Shown one piece after another: positions 1-12,146 of a DNA stretch of 64,000 bases. The notes below the pieces were generated by a model. That model ran no database searches. It was not told where the DNA came from and saw only the letters and a list, made by a program, of their open reading frames with translations. The position numbers and the translations under genes are program-made. This DNA is from Azolla caroliniana. Lineage: Eukaryota > Plantae > Polypodiophyta. Position 1 is the first letter of the stretch, and each line of letters opens with the position of its first letter. The stretch is from positions 1 through 64,000 of the forward strand of contig JBHGNT010000151.1 of assembly GCA_043228905.1 (NCBI GenBank), in the 5' to 3' direction.

Positions 1-1
1 A

Positions 2-223
2 TGCGCTTTCTTTATTGTAAACTACTCTTATTGGTTTGTTCCGGGCTTAGTCAATTTTGCTTTCTTAGCTTTGTCTTATTACATGAGTAATGGGGTTTGC
101 CACTTATGGTGGGATTCGGGTCTTGTTCTAGATCTATCTTAAGTGTATACTTTCGGAATCCCGATGTTATTTCGTGCCGCTTTTTTGGCCTTCCTGAAGC
201 CTATCCGATTTTCTTTATCGTGA
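2..223 (+). CDS. sdh3: succinate dehydrogenase subunit 3, 3' part (5' end outside window)
   Basis: Frame 2 reads YSYWFVPGLVNFAFLALSYYMSNGVCHLWWDSGLVLDLS*VYTFGIPMLFRAAFLAFL, matching the plant mt Sdh3 C-terminus (LVNFTLLALCYHMSNGVRHLLWDLG...VYTSGIIMLF) after editing; one editable TAA; TGA at 221-223. Confidence 0.8.
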
Positions 224-788
224 GCACGGGGAGCGAGCCAACTCCCTTCCCTCGGGCGACATTCGTTCGAGACATCAATCATTTCGGCGAACTAAACCTA
301 GTTGTTAAAGCGAGACTGGCAAGTGGTTGGGGGCATGAATTCTTTGTTCCGCATAAAGAAATTCCAAGGACGGATCAAATGCCAGGAAACAAATCCTGAG
401 TTTGCTTGCTTGCTTGCTTGCTTGCTTGCGGGGAAATCACAAAGAAGTTCCGGGACGCGGGCGGCAAAAACCCAGAGACCTTGCAAGCAACACTGCTCGC
501 CCGTAGCAATGCTCGCCTTAGCCATTATCGCCCGCCGAATTACACTTTTCAAAGCTCGCTCTAGCCATTTCTCTGCTGCTTTCCGGCATTGCCGAAAATG
601 ATTGAAATGAAAGGGAAGGGAATTGGCCGAGCAAATGAGACTAGCAGAAAGGCGAGACCGAGTGCTTTTCTTTTACAAAACAACAAAAAGCTATAAATAC
701 AAGAAAAGAAATAAATCTCACGAACACACAGGAATGGAACGCATGAAAGAGCTCATTTCTTCTTTTTCAGGTAGTACTTGTTTCGAAG

Positions 789-3445
789 GTGCAGTTCTGG
801 GGAAAGGCGGCGTTGAGGCGGCCATCACGCGCGAAGAGCACGTTACGACCCGTTGGCCCTAAGCTCCGTGGTGGGTAAACGGTAAACCTAACTCCATCCG
901 CCTGAAGGACAGTAAGGGCGGCGTGAAGACCGAAGTTGGTGTAGCGCTAGCCAGAGCGTAAGTCAACGAGTCCCGCTACAGGCTCCCCTTCGGCGGCGGG
1001 GCATGCACGGGGAGATGCATGGGCGCAGCTACCGGGATCATGGTATGCTAGGTTCCTGTCGTGGTAGGAAGTAGCGGCCCTCTACCATCCTCAAGATGTG
1101 GCTACGCCATCGTATTTATATGTACGGTTAACGGTCTAGGGAGCAAAATAGCTAGAGCACGGGAAAATAACGATCTCCGCCAGAGCTTTTGGGGATTTCC
1201 TGAAGGCTCCGGGATCTTTTGCAAACCCCATGTCTAATATCGTATGGCAGATACTGGTCGTATGGCGGGTATTAAGGGAAGCAGAAGCTTTCACTGAAAG
1301 GTAGAGAATTGATGGGTTAATGAGACTTGCTAAGCTATTCGGGATGAAAGTTTCGAGGGAGTTCAACCCGCTCGACGTGTCATGATATCAGAGCCTGATA
1401 AAACTGCTGGAAGGCCGCAACGCATAACTTCACCGAGGGACAGGGTCGTGTAGGAAGCTGTTTGAATAGCTCCAGAAGGCGTGTATGAAAAAAGTAGTAC
1501 CTTTCTAGATTACTCGCATGGGTTCGGGCCGAACAGAGGGTGTCATATGGGACTGGAGTTCATAACGAAAAAATGGACAGGCATCTCTTGGTTGTTAGAG
1601 CTCGACATCGAGAAAGGTTACGATTCCATTGATCAGAACATCCCTAAGTCTTCCATTGAACGAAGGATGGAAGATCCTGGATTCATGCTTCTGTTAGACC
1701 GTCTTTCTGAGGCAAGTCTAATGGAGGGTGAGCGAGGAAGGCCTAACCTAAATGAAGGAGTACCGTAGGGGAGTAGTATCATTTCGCCCCCTCTATGTAA
1801 CATCCACCTCTACAAGCTAGACGCGTTCATTGATTCATTGGTTAGACAATATGGCACTACCAAGACCTGTAAGCTCCGCAGAAGGAATAGAGCATATCCC
1901 CGCTTCGAAGCCAATTAGCATATTATGAAACTCCCTCCCTTCCAGGGAATATCGATCGCAGTTATGGCCAAGAGGGCGGCTAGAAAGGCGGGCATCTCCC
2001 CGTTCAAAGACCCCAAATCCATTCAGGTGAAATACGTGCGTTACGCGGACGACTCATTGCCAGGAATTGCCGGTTACGCGAATTTGGTGAGAGGGATTTG
2101 GGACAGAATTACCAAATTCTTGTGGAATCAGCTACGGTTAGAGGTAAGCATGGCGACTAGAGCAAAGCATATTGCTTTTTCAAAAGCTACCTTTTTGGGT
2201 ATGCGTATTAAGGTGCCCTCGATCAAGAATTGGCCTCGAATCTCCTCGAAATAACGCGAGTGGCGTCTGAGAGTGAGAAACACGGCTCACTATATGGCTG
2301 AGATCCGTGAGAAGCGGCTCGTGGCGGCTCTCAGGAAGAGAGCTGTGACCCTGTTGGCGAGAGCTTTGCGGAAGGCGCCCGGAGACCCGGATAAATTTAC
2401 CAGTCAGCTCTCTTGCTCCCTTCTCCTGGAAACCAACCTGGCGTCTTTTCGCGCGCGGCCGAATTACCCGAGGACGAGGGAGGCGAGGCGAGGAAGTGCC
2501 TACAGTCTCAAAGGGAAACTCTGGAAGGGAGAGGATAGAACCACGAGACCGAAGAGAGAGGGCCAAAGGCCGGGTTCCCGTTAGGGCGGGAACTCTAGCA
2601 ACCAACTCTAGCTTCATCCCAGCCGGAGAAGCGCGCGGGGAAGGGGGAAGAACCGCGGACGTTCCTTCGAGGAACAGCTAGCTGTATGGCCTGCCGTCAA
2701 AGATTCAACAGCTCTTCTTTAGGTTCAGCGGGATCCTTAAGACCCCACGGAAACCCGTGCACTCACTACGGAAGATCAGGCAGTATTATCATATTTGCGA
2801 TAATCTTCACTTGGCGAAGGCAATAGTGGATTATCATATCCAATGGCCCGCCATCTCCGTTGTTTCGGCCTGCGGGTAGGCACAAGTCAGGAAATAATTC
2901 AGAGGTTCAGTAGAAACCTGGAGTATGTGGATAAAAGAGACAGAAAGATCTCGTTGATGCCTTCAGCTGAGATCGGGGAAGAGTGTGAATGTAAAAGTTC
3001 AGATCACCAGTGAATTCAAGTCTCTCAACCCTGACTGGATTCGCTTCCTCAAGCAACTCTGGACCAACCTAGCCAGTGCCGTGCTGGGACTGGACATTGA
3101 GATTTATCACGTCCGTAAGCTAGTGAGACATCTCGACCATTTCCGCTGAACCGGTTCATCATGAAGGCCGTGAGGCGGTGAACTTTGGGATAGATAAAGA
3201 CTATCAGGCCTGGCCGCCATTCAGCCGGCACCGAACCGAAAACGGATCCCTCTCCTCCATGTCACCACCATCATGTCCAGATGCATAGGGGTCTAGTTAC
3301 CTCCGATCCGGATCCGGTGATTGCGCACGCACGAGGTGAATTCAAAGAAGCTATAACTGATTAACCCATTCAAAGTTCTGTGGAGAGCCGGATGAGGGGA
3401 GACCTTCACGTCCGGTTCGGAGGGCAGGGTGACCTTGACCCTTAC
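789..3445 (+). mobile_element. group II intron with RT/maturase reading frame; host exons not identified
   Basis: Domain V GAGAGCCGGATGAGGGGAGACCTTCACGTCCGGTTC at ~3383-3418, then domain VI ending CTTAC at 3445; RT motifs SHGFGPNRGCH, LELDIEKGYD, GVP*G, YVRYADD; the 5' end (GTGCAG at 789) is tentative. Confidence 0.75.
1260..3100 (+). pseudogene. intron-encoded reverse transcriptase/maturase (RT part in one frame with editable stops; X domain apparently frameshifted)
   Basis: ORF pieces 1481-1768, 1925-2254 and 2273-2584 share one frame and are separated only by TAG/TAA codons. Confidence 0.7.
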
Positions 3446-3576
3446 GATTATCGCTGCGTTTACTGGAACAAGGATTTCTAGGTTCAACTGGATAATTGCC
3501 GATATATACATGACACACCGGTTCTTTACATGAACTCCTGCCGATGATGGCAGGGTAATAGGCCTTAATCTTCATT

Positions 3577-5600
3577 GTGCGACTTGAAGTTTGACTACAT
3601 GGGGGAGTCCCTTGGCCTCATATTTCGGTAGAAAAACTCCGCGAGGTAAAGTTGAGGCGCCGAAGAGCAGGGTGAGAGAGATCTACTTAAGAGGGGACCC
3701 CAGCAGAGGTGCAACTGGGCAACGGGAGGATTCCGAAAAGCCCTTTACTACTTCGGTAAAAAGAACCACTAAGGTTAGGTCACTAAATTCTAACTGAGCG
3801 ATGCACGGTGACCTGGTCTCGACGAGATCTCTCAATAATCCTTATTTCGGCGCCCCTTGAGATAGCACTGTCAAAGCCAAACTAAGAATGGCCGTAGTGG
3901 GCCGAAGGCCCAACCGGCTAGAGAGATCCACTTCAAGACATACGCCATCATGCTCACGGGAGCTGGAGAAACTCAAGTTAAAGAACCTCTGCACACCAAC
4001 GTCGTGGGTGCCGAACTACCCTAACTAAATCTATTGAACAAACTAGGTCAATCCAAAACATAAAAATTACAAGCCGTATTCCTTACCTTTGGACAGAGAT
4101 CCACCATTCATAGCGGTGGGTAACGTCTAATCGCACCGCCCTACCCCAGCTATGTTAGGCTAGATGTTAGATAGCACCCCAGCGGACTAGATTAACTAAG
4201 TCTAAGAGGAACTGAGAACGGAGAAATTTCCTTATGGACGAGGCCTTCCTCCTCATGGATAGAGCGAATCCTGACCCTTGAACGTAATCCCGGATGAGAT
4301 CGTTCTCGAAGCGCCGAGGATGATTTTGGAAGTGGTATATGAACCGACATTCAGCAAAATGTCGCACGGGTTTTAATCGAGAAAATCGTGTCGTACTGCA
4401 CCCAAAAGCATACGCACCAATTTCAAAGCCGCTATGTGGGCAATTAGGGGAGGCACAAGCAACTGCTATGGCACCATCAATTCGCGTATACTAACCGAAA
4501 TCATAGGGAGAAGGATCGGAGACAATAAATCGATGAGACTTATCTGAAGAACACTACGCGCGGGCAAATGCGGATTCAACACCACAAAGGCGGCCTGTTG
4601 GCTAGGGCCCCGAAGGTGGCCCGAAAGGTTGCCCGCTTTGTTCGCAAAAAAAGAGATGGGGAATAACATATCCCCGATACTGGCGAGTATCTACCATAAC
4701 GAGCTCGATTGACGGGTGATAGAAAAAATCCGGAAATTTAACCGTGGCAGAGAAAGGCCCGTAGAATAGGAAACGCGAAGCGTTTTCTGGAAAAAAAATA
4801 GCAAGTGGATGAAAATCACCTTCAGGCTAAGGTACGCTCAGAAAAAAGGACAAGCTTAACAGGTAGCAGAATTGGAAAGTTGACAAAAACAGACACCCGC
4901 TACGGTAATGAACGACAAGGACTTCCGATGACTAAAACATGTTCGTCACGTAGACAATCCTATCATCGGAGTAACCGCTCTACTATCAAAGGCAAAGTAG
5001 CCGGAAGCAGAGATGGCAGAACTCCTGAGAGAGCGCCCAGAATGGAAGGGAAAAACAAAAATTACTCACCCGTGCAGCGAAGAAACCTCATTTCTGGGAA
5101 CAACCATTAGCCTGAAGGGAACTCGTATCGAGCGGGGCTCCGGGCAAAGAATCAGCTCTATTATATGAAAACCAAGAATTGCGTCCGTCTACATGAAAGC
5201 TTCTGTAGATAGAGTAATCACCAGACCGTACAAAATACACATGCCGTCATAAGGGGGGCGAAAACCCAAATCTGTAACGACACTAAAGGGTAACAGCCAT
5301 GACTAAATCATATAGTATTACAACTACGTCATTATGGGCTTTTCTCGTTATCATTCTCTCGCAGATAACTGGTCAGATTTATCGTCACGTCCTGGGCTGT
5401 TTATTTATCCGAGTCGTGTATGTATTTCGGCAGCCAGGCATAAGTCTAGGCTTTGGAAACCCTTCCGCAAATATAGTCAGCGCCTGGCAAACACTATAAA
5501 TATACCGATCAAAGACAGAGAGTTGGGGATCGACCACTTGTCTAAGCTATAGAAAACGGTGGTATGGAGCGCACCAGAGAGGGCAGTCAGGTTGCACCCC
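3577..5600 (+). mobile_element. second, degenerate group II intron with RT/maturase remnants, 3' domains V/VI not found
   Basis: GTGCGAC 5' consensus at 3577; fragmented RT motifs (YEPTFSKMSHGF, ISPILASIY..ELD, HVRHVDN as a decayed YADD) across ~4250-5500 with frameshifts. Confidence 0.65.
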
Positions 5601-6254
5601 TAATATGCAAATGCGAGCAAGGCCAGGAAAGAAATCTTAGATACGTACTTTATACTTTAACAGATGGAAGGTAACCCGCCAAAGTGCTGAGGTCCTTATC
5701 TTAAATACCGCTACCAAATCTCTGAAACAGAGGGGCACAAAGTGCTGGGGGTACAATCTCATATCGAATAAGAGGGACCCGATGAGGTTTCACGCGTTCG
5801 TTGGGGAGCAGTGACTTCAAGCGTTGTTCAAGCGGTACACGCCCGCCGCCCGAGCGAGAGATCCGCCCCCGGATGGCAAGATTCCACTCGAATTTTACCG
5901 AGAACAATAGAATCGTAAGAAACTGACGTATTTCCAAATGTTCGGTCGCTTCCGTTTCGTATATTAGTTATTTTGTATGCTTCGTATAGTTTTCTGTGAA
6001 TTAGCATTAAAAGGTTCTTTAATAGGCATAAACAAGTCGTGTTGGCAGTACGCTGGTCGGCTTCACAAGCAAGCTGCGGGTCTTTTTCAATCACTAATTC
6101 TTATTTTGCCCAAAATCGTTGTCGTTGGTTCACATTTTATGGCATCGCAGAAATTGATTGTAAGGCTTTAGATTATTTCAAAGGGTGGCCTAAGGTCACC
6201 CCCCTTAAATGAGAGTCCCGCCTCTCTTCATTTAAGCGGGAAAAACGTTCTGCT

Positions 6255-6325
6255 GGCTGGGTAACATAATGGCAATGTATTGGACTGCAAATCCTGGAAT
6301 GACGGTTCGACTCCGTCCCTAGCCT
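6255..6325 (+). tRNA. trnC-GCA: tRNA-Cys(GCA), native mt type
   Basis: ggctgggtaacataatgg...ggactGCAaatcc...ggttcgactccgtccctagcct cloverleaf. Confidence 0.9.
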
Positions 6326-6361
6326 ATTCTTCTTCCAAGCTCTTTTGCCATTTCCGAGTGA

Positions 6362-6928
6362 AAAGATTGCTGCTTTAAAGTGGAAAGAAAAGTGCAAAGC
6401 ATCTTCTTGCCAGTGATTCATCAAGATTGCCGCCGGCTCGGTTTAAAGTGAAAAGAAAAGTGCTGCTTTGCTTTGCTTTGCTGGATTCGCAGATTATGGC
6501 CAGAAGATGATATTGCCTTCTTGCATGATCCTTCTGAATTTTACCAACGGAATTTCGAAATTCCAGCATTCAATTCTTTCCGCAATCTGAGCCGCATTAA
6601 AGATTATCGTATAATAATCCATGAATATTCAGGCCTTCTTGAAAGTTCAAAAGAAGAACTTTGGTAGCCATTTATATTACACTTTTTACCGCTTCTTCTT
6701 CTTCCGCAGTGCAGTTTTCTTGCGCTTCATGAAGAAAAGGTGCTGTTTGAAATTGTAGCTTGAATCTTATCGGAAAACTAACTCTAGGCCTTCTTGATGA
6801 ACAGCTATGGATAATACGGCGGAAGTTGCTTGCGGGGAAGAACCAAGGTGGTGGATGAACCCGCTGCTTCATCAGCGCGATGAAGACGATTAACGCTACT
6901 TATCGGCTACGGTAAAGTCAGACGGCCC
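6362..6928. repeat. 567-bp inverted repeat of 21911-22477; part also recurs at ~35779-36111 and ~61380-61712
   Basis: Identical ORF translations on opposite strands; end coordinates sum to the same constant (28839). Confidence 0.9.
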
Positions 6929-7073
6929 TCAATCAACCAAAAAACATTACTGAAGATGGCCTGCGTAGCGCATACGATCTCCAATCACTAAGAGATGCAA
7001 AAGAAATTGGCTACTTCTCTGACCAAAGAGGGCAATGACGACGTAGTAATAGTTGGTAGTGACTCCTCTCATG

Positions 7074-7147
7074 GTTTAGGTAGCTCAGTTGGTTAGAGCA
7101 AAGGACTGAAAATCCTTGGGTCAGTGGTTCAAATCCACTCCTAAACA
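7074..7147 (+). tRNA. trnF-GAA: tRNA-Phe(GAA), native mt type
   Basis: gtttaggtagctcagttggttagagcaaaggactGAAaatcctt...ggttcaaatccactcctaaaca. Confidence 0.93.
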
Positions 7148-8009
7148 GCGAATTATTAGGTTCAAATCTCAATTATGCGCTAGATGCAACTAAAACCCGA
7201 AACCTCTTTGAGCTAGAGCCACAGAGCTCTCTATCTGTCCGATCTTAGCACCAACCCTGAGCAAATGGTGTGGCCTACCTGCTCCGGACGAGTGGCTCGA
7301 GAATAGCGCAAAACCAAATTATGGAAATTTCGCGTAAAGTGTGGTGGACAGCCTGCCCCCTGTGGATAGGTTTTTGGGTAATATTTGTTTTTCAGATTTC
7401 CCTTCCCTTCCCTTCCCTTCCCTTCCCTGTACGCACGCGGGATCTTAATTGGAGACGTAAGCGTCGCGGAAGGGCGGGCGGCATTCTCCCCACGCACGAC
7501 GGTACCCCGTTTCTTTATAAACACGTAATCAGGGATTGGCTCTCTTTCGCGAACTTTCTATACTCCGAAAGACGACAAAGAATAAGACCAGTTCTTGTTC
7601 CAACCTGAGCTTCAATGCTCGCACCTACTCTCCGCCTTTACTCAAGGATACCGCCTTTCCTTTCCTTTCCTTTCCTTTCCTTTCCTTTCCTTTCCTTTCC
7701 TTTCCTTTCCTCTCAAGGCTTCTGTGCGCTTTCTTTTTGCTCGTGGTTTTGATCCTACTGAACACTTATTCTTACTATTAGAGTATGAAATTCCACCTTT
7801 TTCTATTTATAAAGGGATTTATTGGAGGGAAGGAAGGGAGGTCACTACGCTAAAGCGCCTTCGCGGCGGAAGGGAGGTTTGAAAGGTCAATTCCCCTTTC
7901 CTGAAGTGCGTTTTGTCAGGCTAAGAAAAGGGTAAATAGAAGTCTCGGTTGCCCGCCCTTTATATCCCTTTATAGAAGTCTTTAAGCGAACAAGCTTTCT
8001 CTTCCCTTC

Positions 8010-8130
8010 CATTTCCGCAACAATGGATAGAGCCGTCATACTACCTTCACCTAATTGGAGACTTGATTTAGCCGCTCTTTCCAAAAGACAAGAATGTAAA
8101 TGAAAAACATCTCCCGGATATGCTTCTTGC
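8010..8130 (-). pseudogene. atpA: plastid-derived atpA fragment
   Basis: [35 protein letters not shown]; the LGEGSMTA motif is the plastid type. Confidence 0.7.
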
Positions 8131-8199
8131 TAGATGGTCTTCTTAGTAACAGAGAGATTTGTCGATAAGCTTGGGCTTGTTTAGAAAGATCATCGTGAA

Positions 8200-8583
8200 T
8201 AATCAAGGATGGCTGTTTACGATGGACTGTCCTCTCCTGAACAGATTCGCAGTTGGGCCGAAAGAGAGTTACCTAATGGAATGGAGACCTGGGCAAGTTG
8301 ATTAACCTTCTACGTTGCATTACAAGACTCATAAACCAGAGAAAGATGGTTCATTTCGTGAAAGAATATTCGGGGGCGGAAACTACCGATCTGTCGATAA
8401 TGAAGAAGAATATTCCAATTCTCGTAAGCATTGTGGAGTCAAGTTTACCGACTCTCGGGTTCGAAGATATCGAATGGGATACATCAAACTAGCATGTCCA
8501 GTAACCCACGCCAAAACGAATTCCCAAAAAGTTACATTGCAAATCGCTAAACCCCGAACTAGAAAGCCCAGTATATTGCGATG
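8200..8583 (+). pseudogene. rpoC1: plastid-derived rpoC1 exon 1 fragment
   Basis: [52 protein letters not shown], ending VYCD before an intron-like GCGTGA. Confidence 0.85.
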
Positions 8584-10239
8584 CGTGACTCGGGAAACCA
8601 ACCTATGGGTTCTTTCATCAATTATTGGAGCTTGCTTGAAATAAGCACGATAGTTCATTCTTCACTGATTGATGGGCTATAGTCCAACGTGATTTGATTT
8701 GGCATATGAGTGAAAGACAACCGCTTCTTCCGCTTCCGCTTCCGCTTCCGCTTCCGCTTCCGCTTCCGCATGATGAAAACCGCTTCTTTTCTTCGGCCGG
8801 CTTCTTCCGGAAATGGGTAAATCTCCCCGCTTCATCCGCGGAAGCAGGATTTGAACCGTAGACCAATCGCGGATGAAGCGGTTAACAGCGCGCGCTGAGC
8901 CACCAACAAAAAAAATGTACGGTTAGTATCATATACATTCTTTGACTCTTGTTACTTGAGCCGCCTCTGAATTTGCAAAACGTTAAGCCGACATTTCCTA
9001 AACTTTACGTACACCCTAACTCTTATTATAGGAAGAAGCGGCAGCGATAGCAATCCTATTTTTATAGAGCCCCTGACCTACATTTTGTTTGGTGACATGT
9101 TGGAGGATTCTATACGCTCTAAAGGATACAGAGACGTGATAGCGAAGGGGAGAGCACAAGGTTTGGTGGTTATAGGACTTACCTTAGACGAGACAGGAGC
9201 ACCGTTGAAGAGAGATATGAGATCTTCTCTTGTGTTGCAGATGATGGAGATGGACCCCGCCCGCCCTGGGAGGAGCCGACCAACTCAATTTCTTGATATT
9301 TGCAAGGGAAACATTTCTCATAATCTCGGAGGGGAAAGGGGGCGGACATTTGCTCTCGGGGGAAGACCCGCTCCGATAGAGAATAAGGGAATTAATCCCC
9401 TAAAGCAACCAACTAGGTAAAGTTCAGCTACTGCCAGCTGAATTATTCTCTAAAGATGACCAAACCAAATATGCCTTAGTGCTTTTTTTTATTTGGACAA
9501 TATCAGCAATTTCATTGCATTCTTCTTTTCTTTTTTGTATTTTGTGGTAATATCGATATTCATTTATGTATGCGACGGACAATTGCTTGCTGTCGGGGGA
9601 AGACCCGCTCCGATAGAGAATAAGGCAAGGTTGCTCGCCTAAAGCAACCAACTTTCGTTGCTCTAATTTAGTTTAGCGCAGAAGGTTAGGTTGATACAAC
9701 TAAATTTCGGGGGCGGACCCTGCCCCGAAGTATTATAGGATCGAAAATGACAAGAACAGAAGAAAAGTTTTTACGGAAAAGAACGGTAACAGCTCCGCGT
9801 CGTTCTCTCGAAGAATCGCCATGATGAATCCTCGTGCAATTCATTCTGTAAACGAACTAAGTTTATGATAATGTCTTCGTCAAACTGCCTGCCTGCCTGC
9901 CTGCCTGCCTGCTGTAATCTTTCCAATTTGTTCTGTATTCTTTCCAGTTCGTTCTGTAAACTTTTTGATAATGTCCATGTTTTATCTAATCTGTTTCGTG
10001 AGATTCCCTTCTTTTCTTGTATTTATAGCTTTTTGCTTTTCTTCTCAATAAGATGGTCATATAACCCTTAGTGCTTTTTGCTTTTCTTCTCAATAAGATG
10101 ATCATATGACCCTTAGTGCTTTTTGCTTTGCAAAAGAAAACTCATTTTTATTGATCTCTATGGGAATCGCTACCACCCTGTACTAGGATTGGTCCTTTAG
10201 AAATCCCATTGGTCCAGTACTTCCCCGGGACTGCACGGA

Positions 10240-10822
10240 TGACGCTTCGCCTACCCTGAAGGATAAGCTTCCGATATCTTTTGACGTAACGTTTATTCAA
10301 TTACCCTTTTCCCAGCAGATGCTATGTATGCCTCGGACTCAGCGATAATTATGTCCCTAACATACCAAAACTAGCAGTAGCACCACTCGTAGTTAGATAG
10401 GTGGGAACTGATATATAGAATAATCTTCTCTGAACTTGATGGATCTGTAGAACGGCTTGACGGCCGGCGCGGCGGAAATCTCGGCCATTTGCATTAGGCT
10501 CAACGTCCCTTCTTGCATACGTGCCCCTTCGAAAGCACAGACAATGATTATTAGCAAAGACTTATCCGTGGCATATTCAATTAAGCGAGTGATCTTCTTA
10601 CCTAAAACGGAACCCATACTACCTCCCATGAATTAAAAGTCCATGACACCAAGCGCTATACTATACCCCATTGAAATATTCTATACCTGTTTGAACAGCA
10701 TCAGTTAAACCTGTTCTTCTCTGGGAAGCAGTAATACGATTCTGATGAGAATCCTCAGCGGCGGGGCGGTTCATGCGGCGGAGAAACTTGGAACATCTCA
10801 TGCAGTCATGTCTTCATCCATT
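10240..10822 (-). pseudogene. accD: plastid-derived accD fragment
   Basis: [43 protein letters not shown], with flanking frameshifts. Confidence 0.85.
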
Positions 10823-10823
10823 A

Positions 10824-10871
10824 GGAAATCGATAGAATAATGGCAGGTTATTCCGGTAGACTGTAAGCCGT
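10824..10871 (-). pseudogene. atp6: truncated atp6 5' end (first 16 codons) fused to the accD remnant
   Basis: Identical to 47392-47439, the start of intact atp6. Confidence 0.85.
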
Positions 10872-10949
10872 GATGAATTGAAGGGTTTTGTTCCAACATG
10901 CATGAAAGAGGGTTGTTCTTAACGTTTATCAATTTTTCGGACTAGCTCT

Positions 10950-11139
10950 GTTGAAGAGCTCGTATGAGAGTTGGCTCAACCTAGCCCCAACAATGGCAGA
11001 ATATTTCCGAGATGTCAACGAGCAAGCTGTACCTTTATTCATTGACAACATCTTCCGCTTCGCCCAAAATCGCGGAATCAGAAGTCTCTGCTTTCTTTTT
11101 GGCAGGTAGAATGCCGATGAAAACCGCTTCTTCGGCCGT

Positions 11140-11172
<33 letters not shown>

Positions 11173-11800
11173 CGTGGGTTATCAACTGGTTCTTCCCGGC
11201 CGGCCAGGTCTCTATAGGAAAGAATTCCAGATCAATAACTTCCATTCAAGCGCACCTGCGGATGATCTGACTGACCTAGCCCCCGCTACAACCATTTGCA
11301 CACCTAGATGCTACTACTGCGCCGCTTTCGAGAAGATTAGCAGAAGAATATCTATGCGGCCCATTCATTCGTCTTCATGAGGCGGTGAGGGCCAAAAAAA
11401 AAGCCAAGACAGCTTCGGAGCGAACTCTGTTACCAGAGCCGAGAACAGCTTTAGACAATTCCGTCAGGCACCACGAAGGGCTGGCTTGAGAAGTATCGCA
11501 AGACTTGACTTTCTGCGCCCTACTCTCAATGAGTCAAACTCTCCGTATCCATTACTCTTTTACAATCGATTATTTGATAGATCTGGAATGTGATGAGATA
11601 CACTCTAATCATCTCATAGGACCGCCCCGATGAAAACCAGCAGACCTAATCACCTTACGATGGTTAGCGGAATTCTCTCTCGGTAAATTGGGTCAATGAG
11701 ACCATCGGCGTTCGTTTCAGAATCGGATAGTTACACGTCCCACATCCACTAGTCGCCGGGCCACCGAACATTGCTTCAACCATAAGGCAGCCAGAAAATT
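10950..11800 (+). pseudogene. atpB: plastid-derived atpB-atpE remnants
   Basis: [47 protein letters not shown]; a weaker atpE-like stretch follows; the plastid order atpB-atpE-trnM is preserved. Confidence 0.8.
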
Positions 11801-12073
11801 GGACCTTTAGTTTAGTTAGGTTTTCATCGCTTTCCGCACGCCTGGTAGAAAGCGGGTCGACCTTCCCCCCATTTACTTTATTTCATAGAAGCAATAGCGG
11901 CATGTATAGTGCTCGGTCTATCTAATTTGTATCGGAACGAAAGCAGCAGCAATGAACCGCTTCATCCGCGAGTCTTCCATCGACAAAGGACTGGCTCTGG
12001 CTCACGACGAATGCAAGCTGGAAAACACGGAACTCGGTACTTGGTTAGTGAAACCATGCATGAAAAATCAAGT

Positions 12074-12146
12074 TACCTACTACTGGATTCGAACCAATGA
12101 CTTTCGCCGTATGAAAGCGATACTCTAACCCCTGAGTTAAGTAGGT
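12074..12146 (-). tRNA. trnM-CAU: tRNA-Met(CAU), plastid type
   Basis: acctacttaactcaggggttagagtatcgcttTCATacggcgaaagtcattggttcgaatccagtagtaggta, the plastid trnM sequence type. Confidence 0.88.

Noticed and set aside
8836-8900. tRNA-like fragment (T-arm caggatttgaacc, gttaacagc)
   Set aside because: No complete cloverleaf; it is interrupted by a repeat module.
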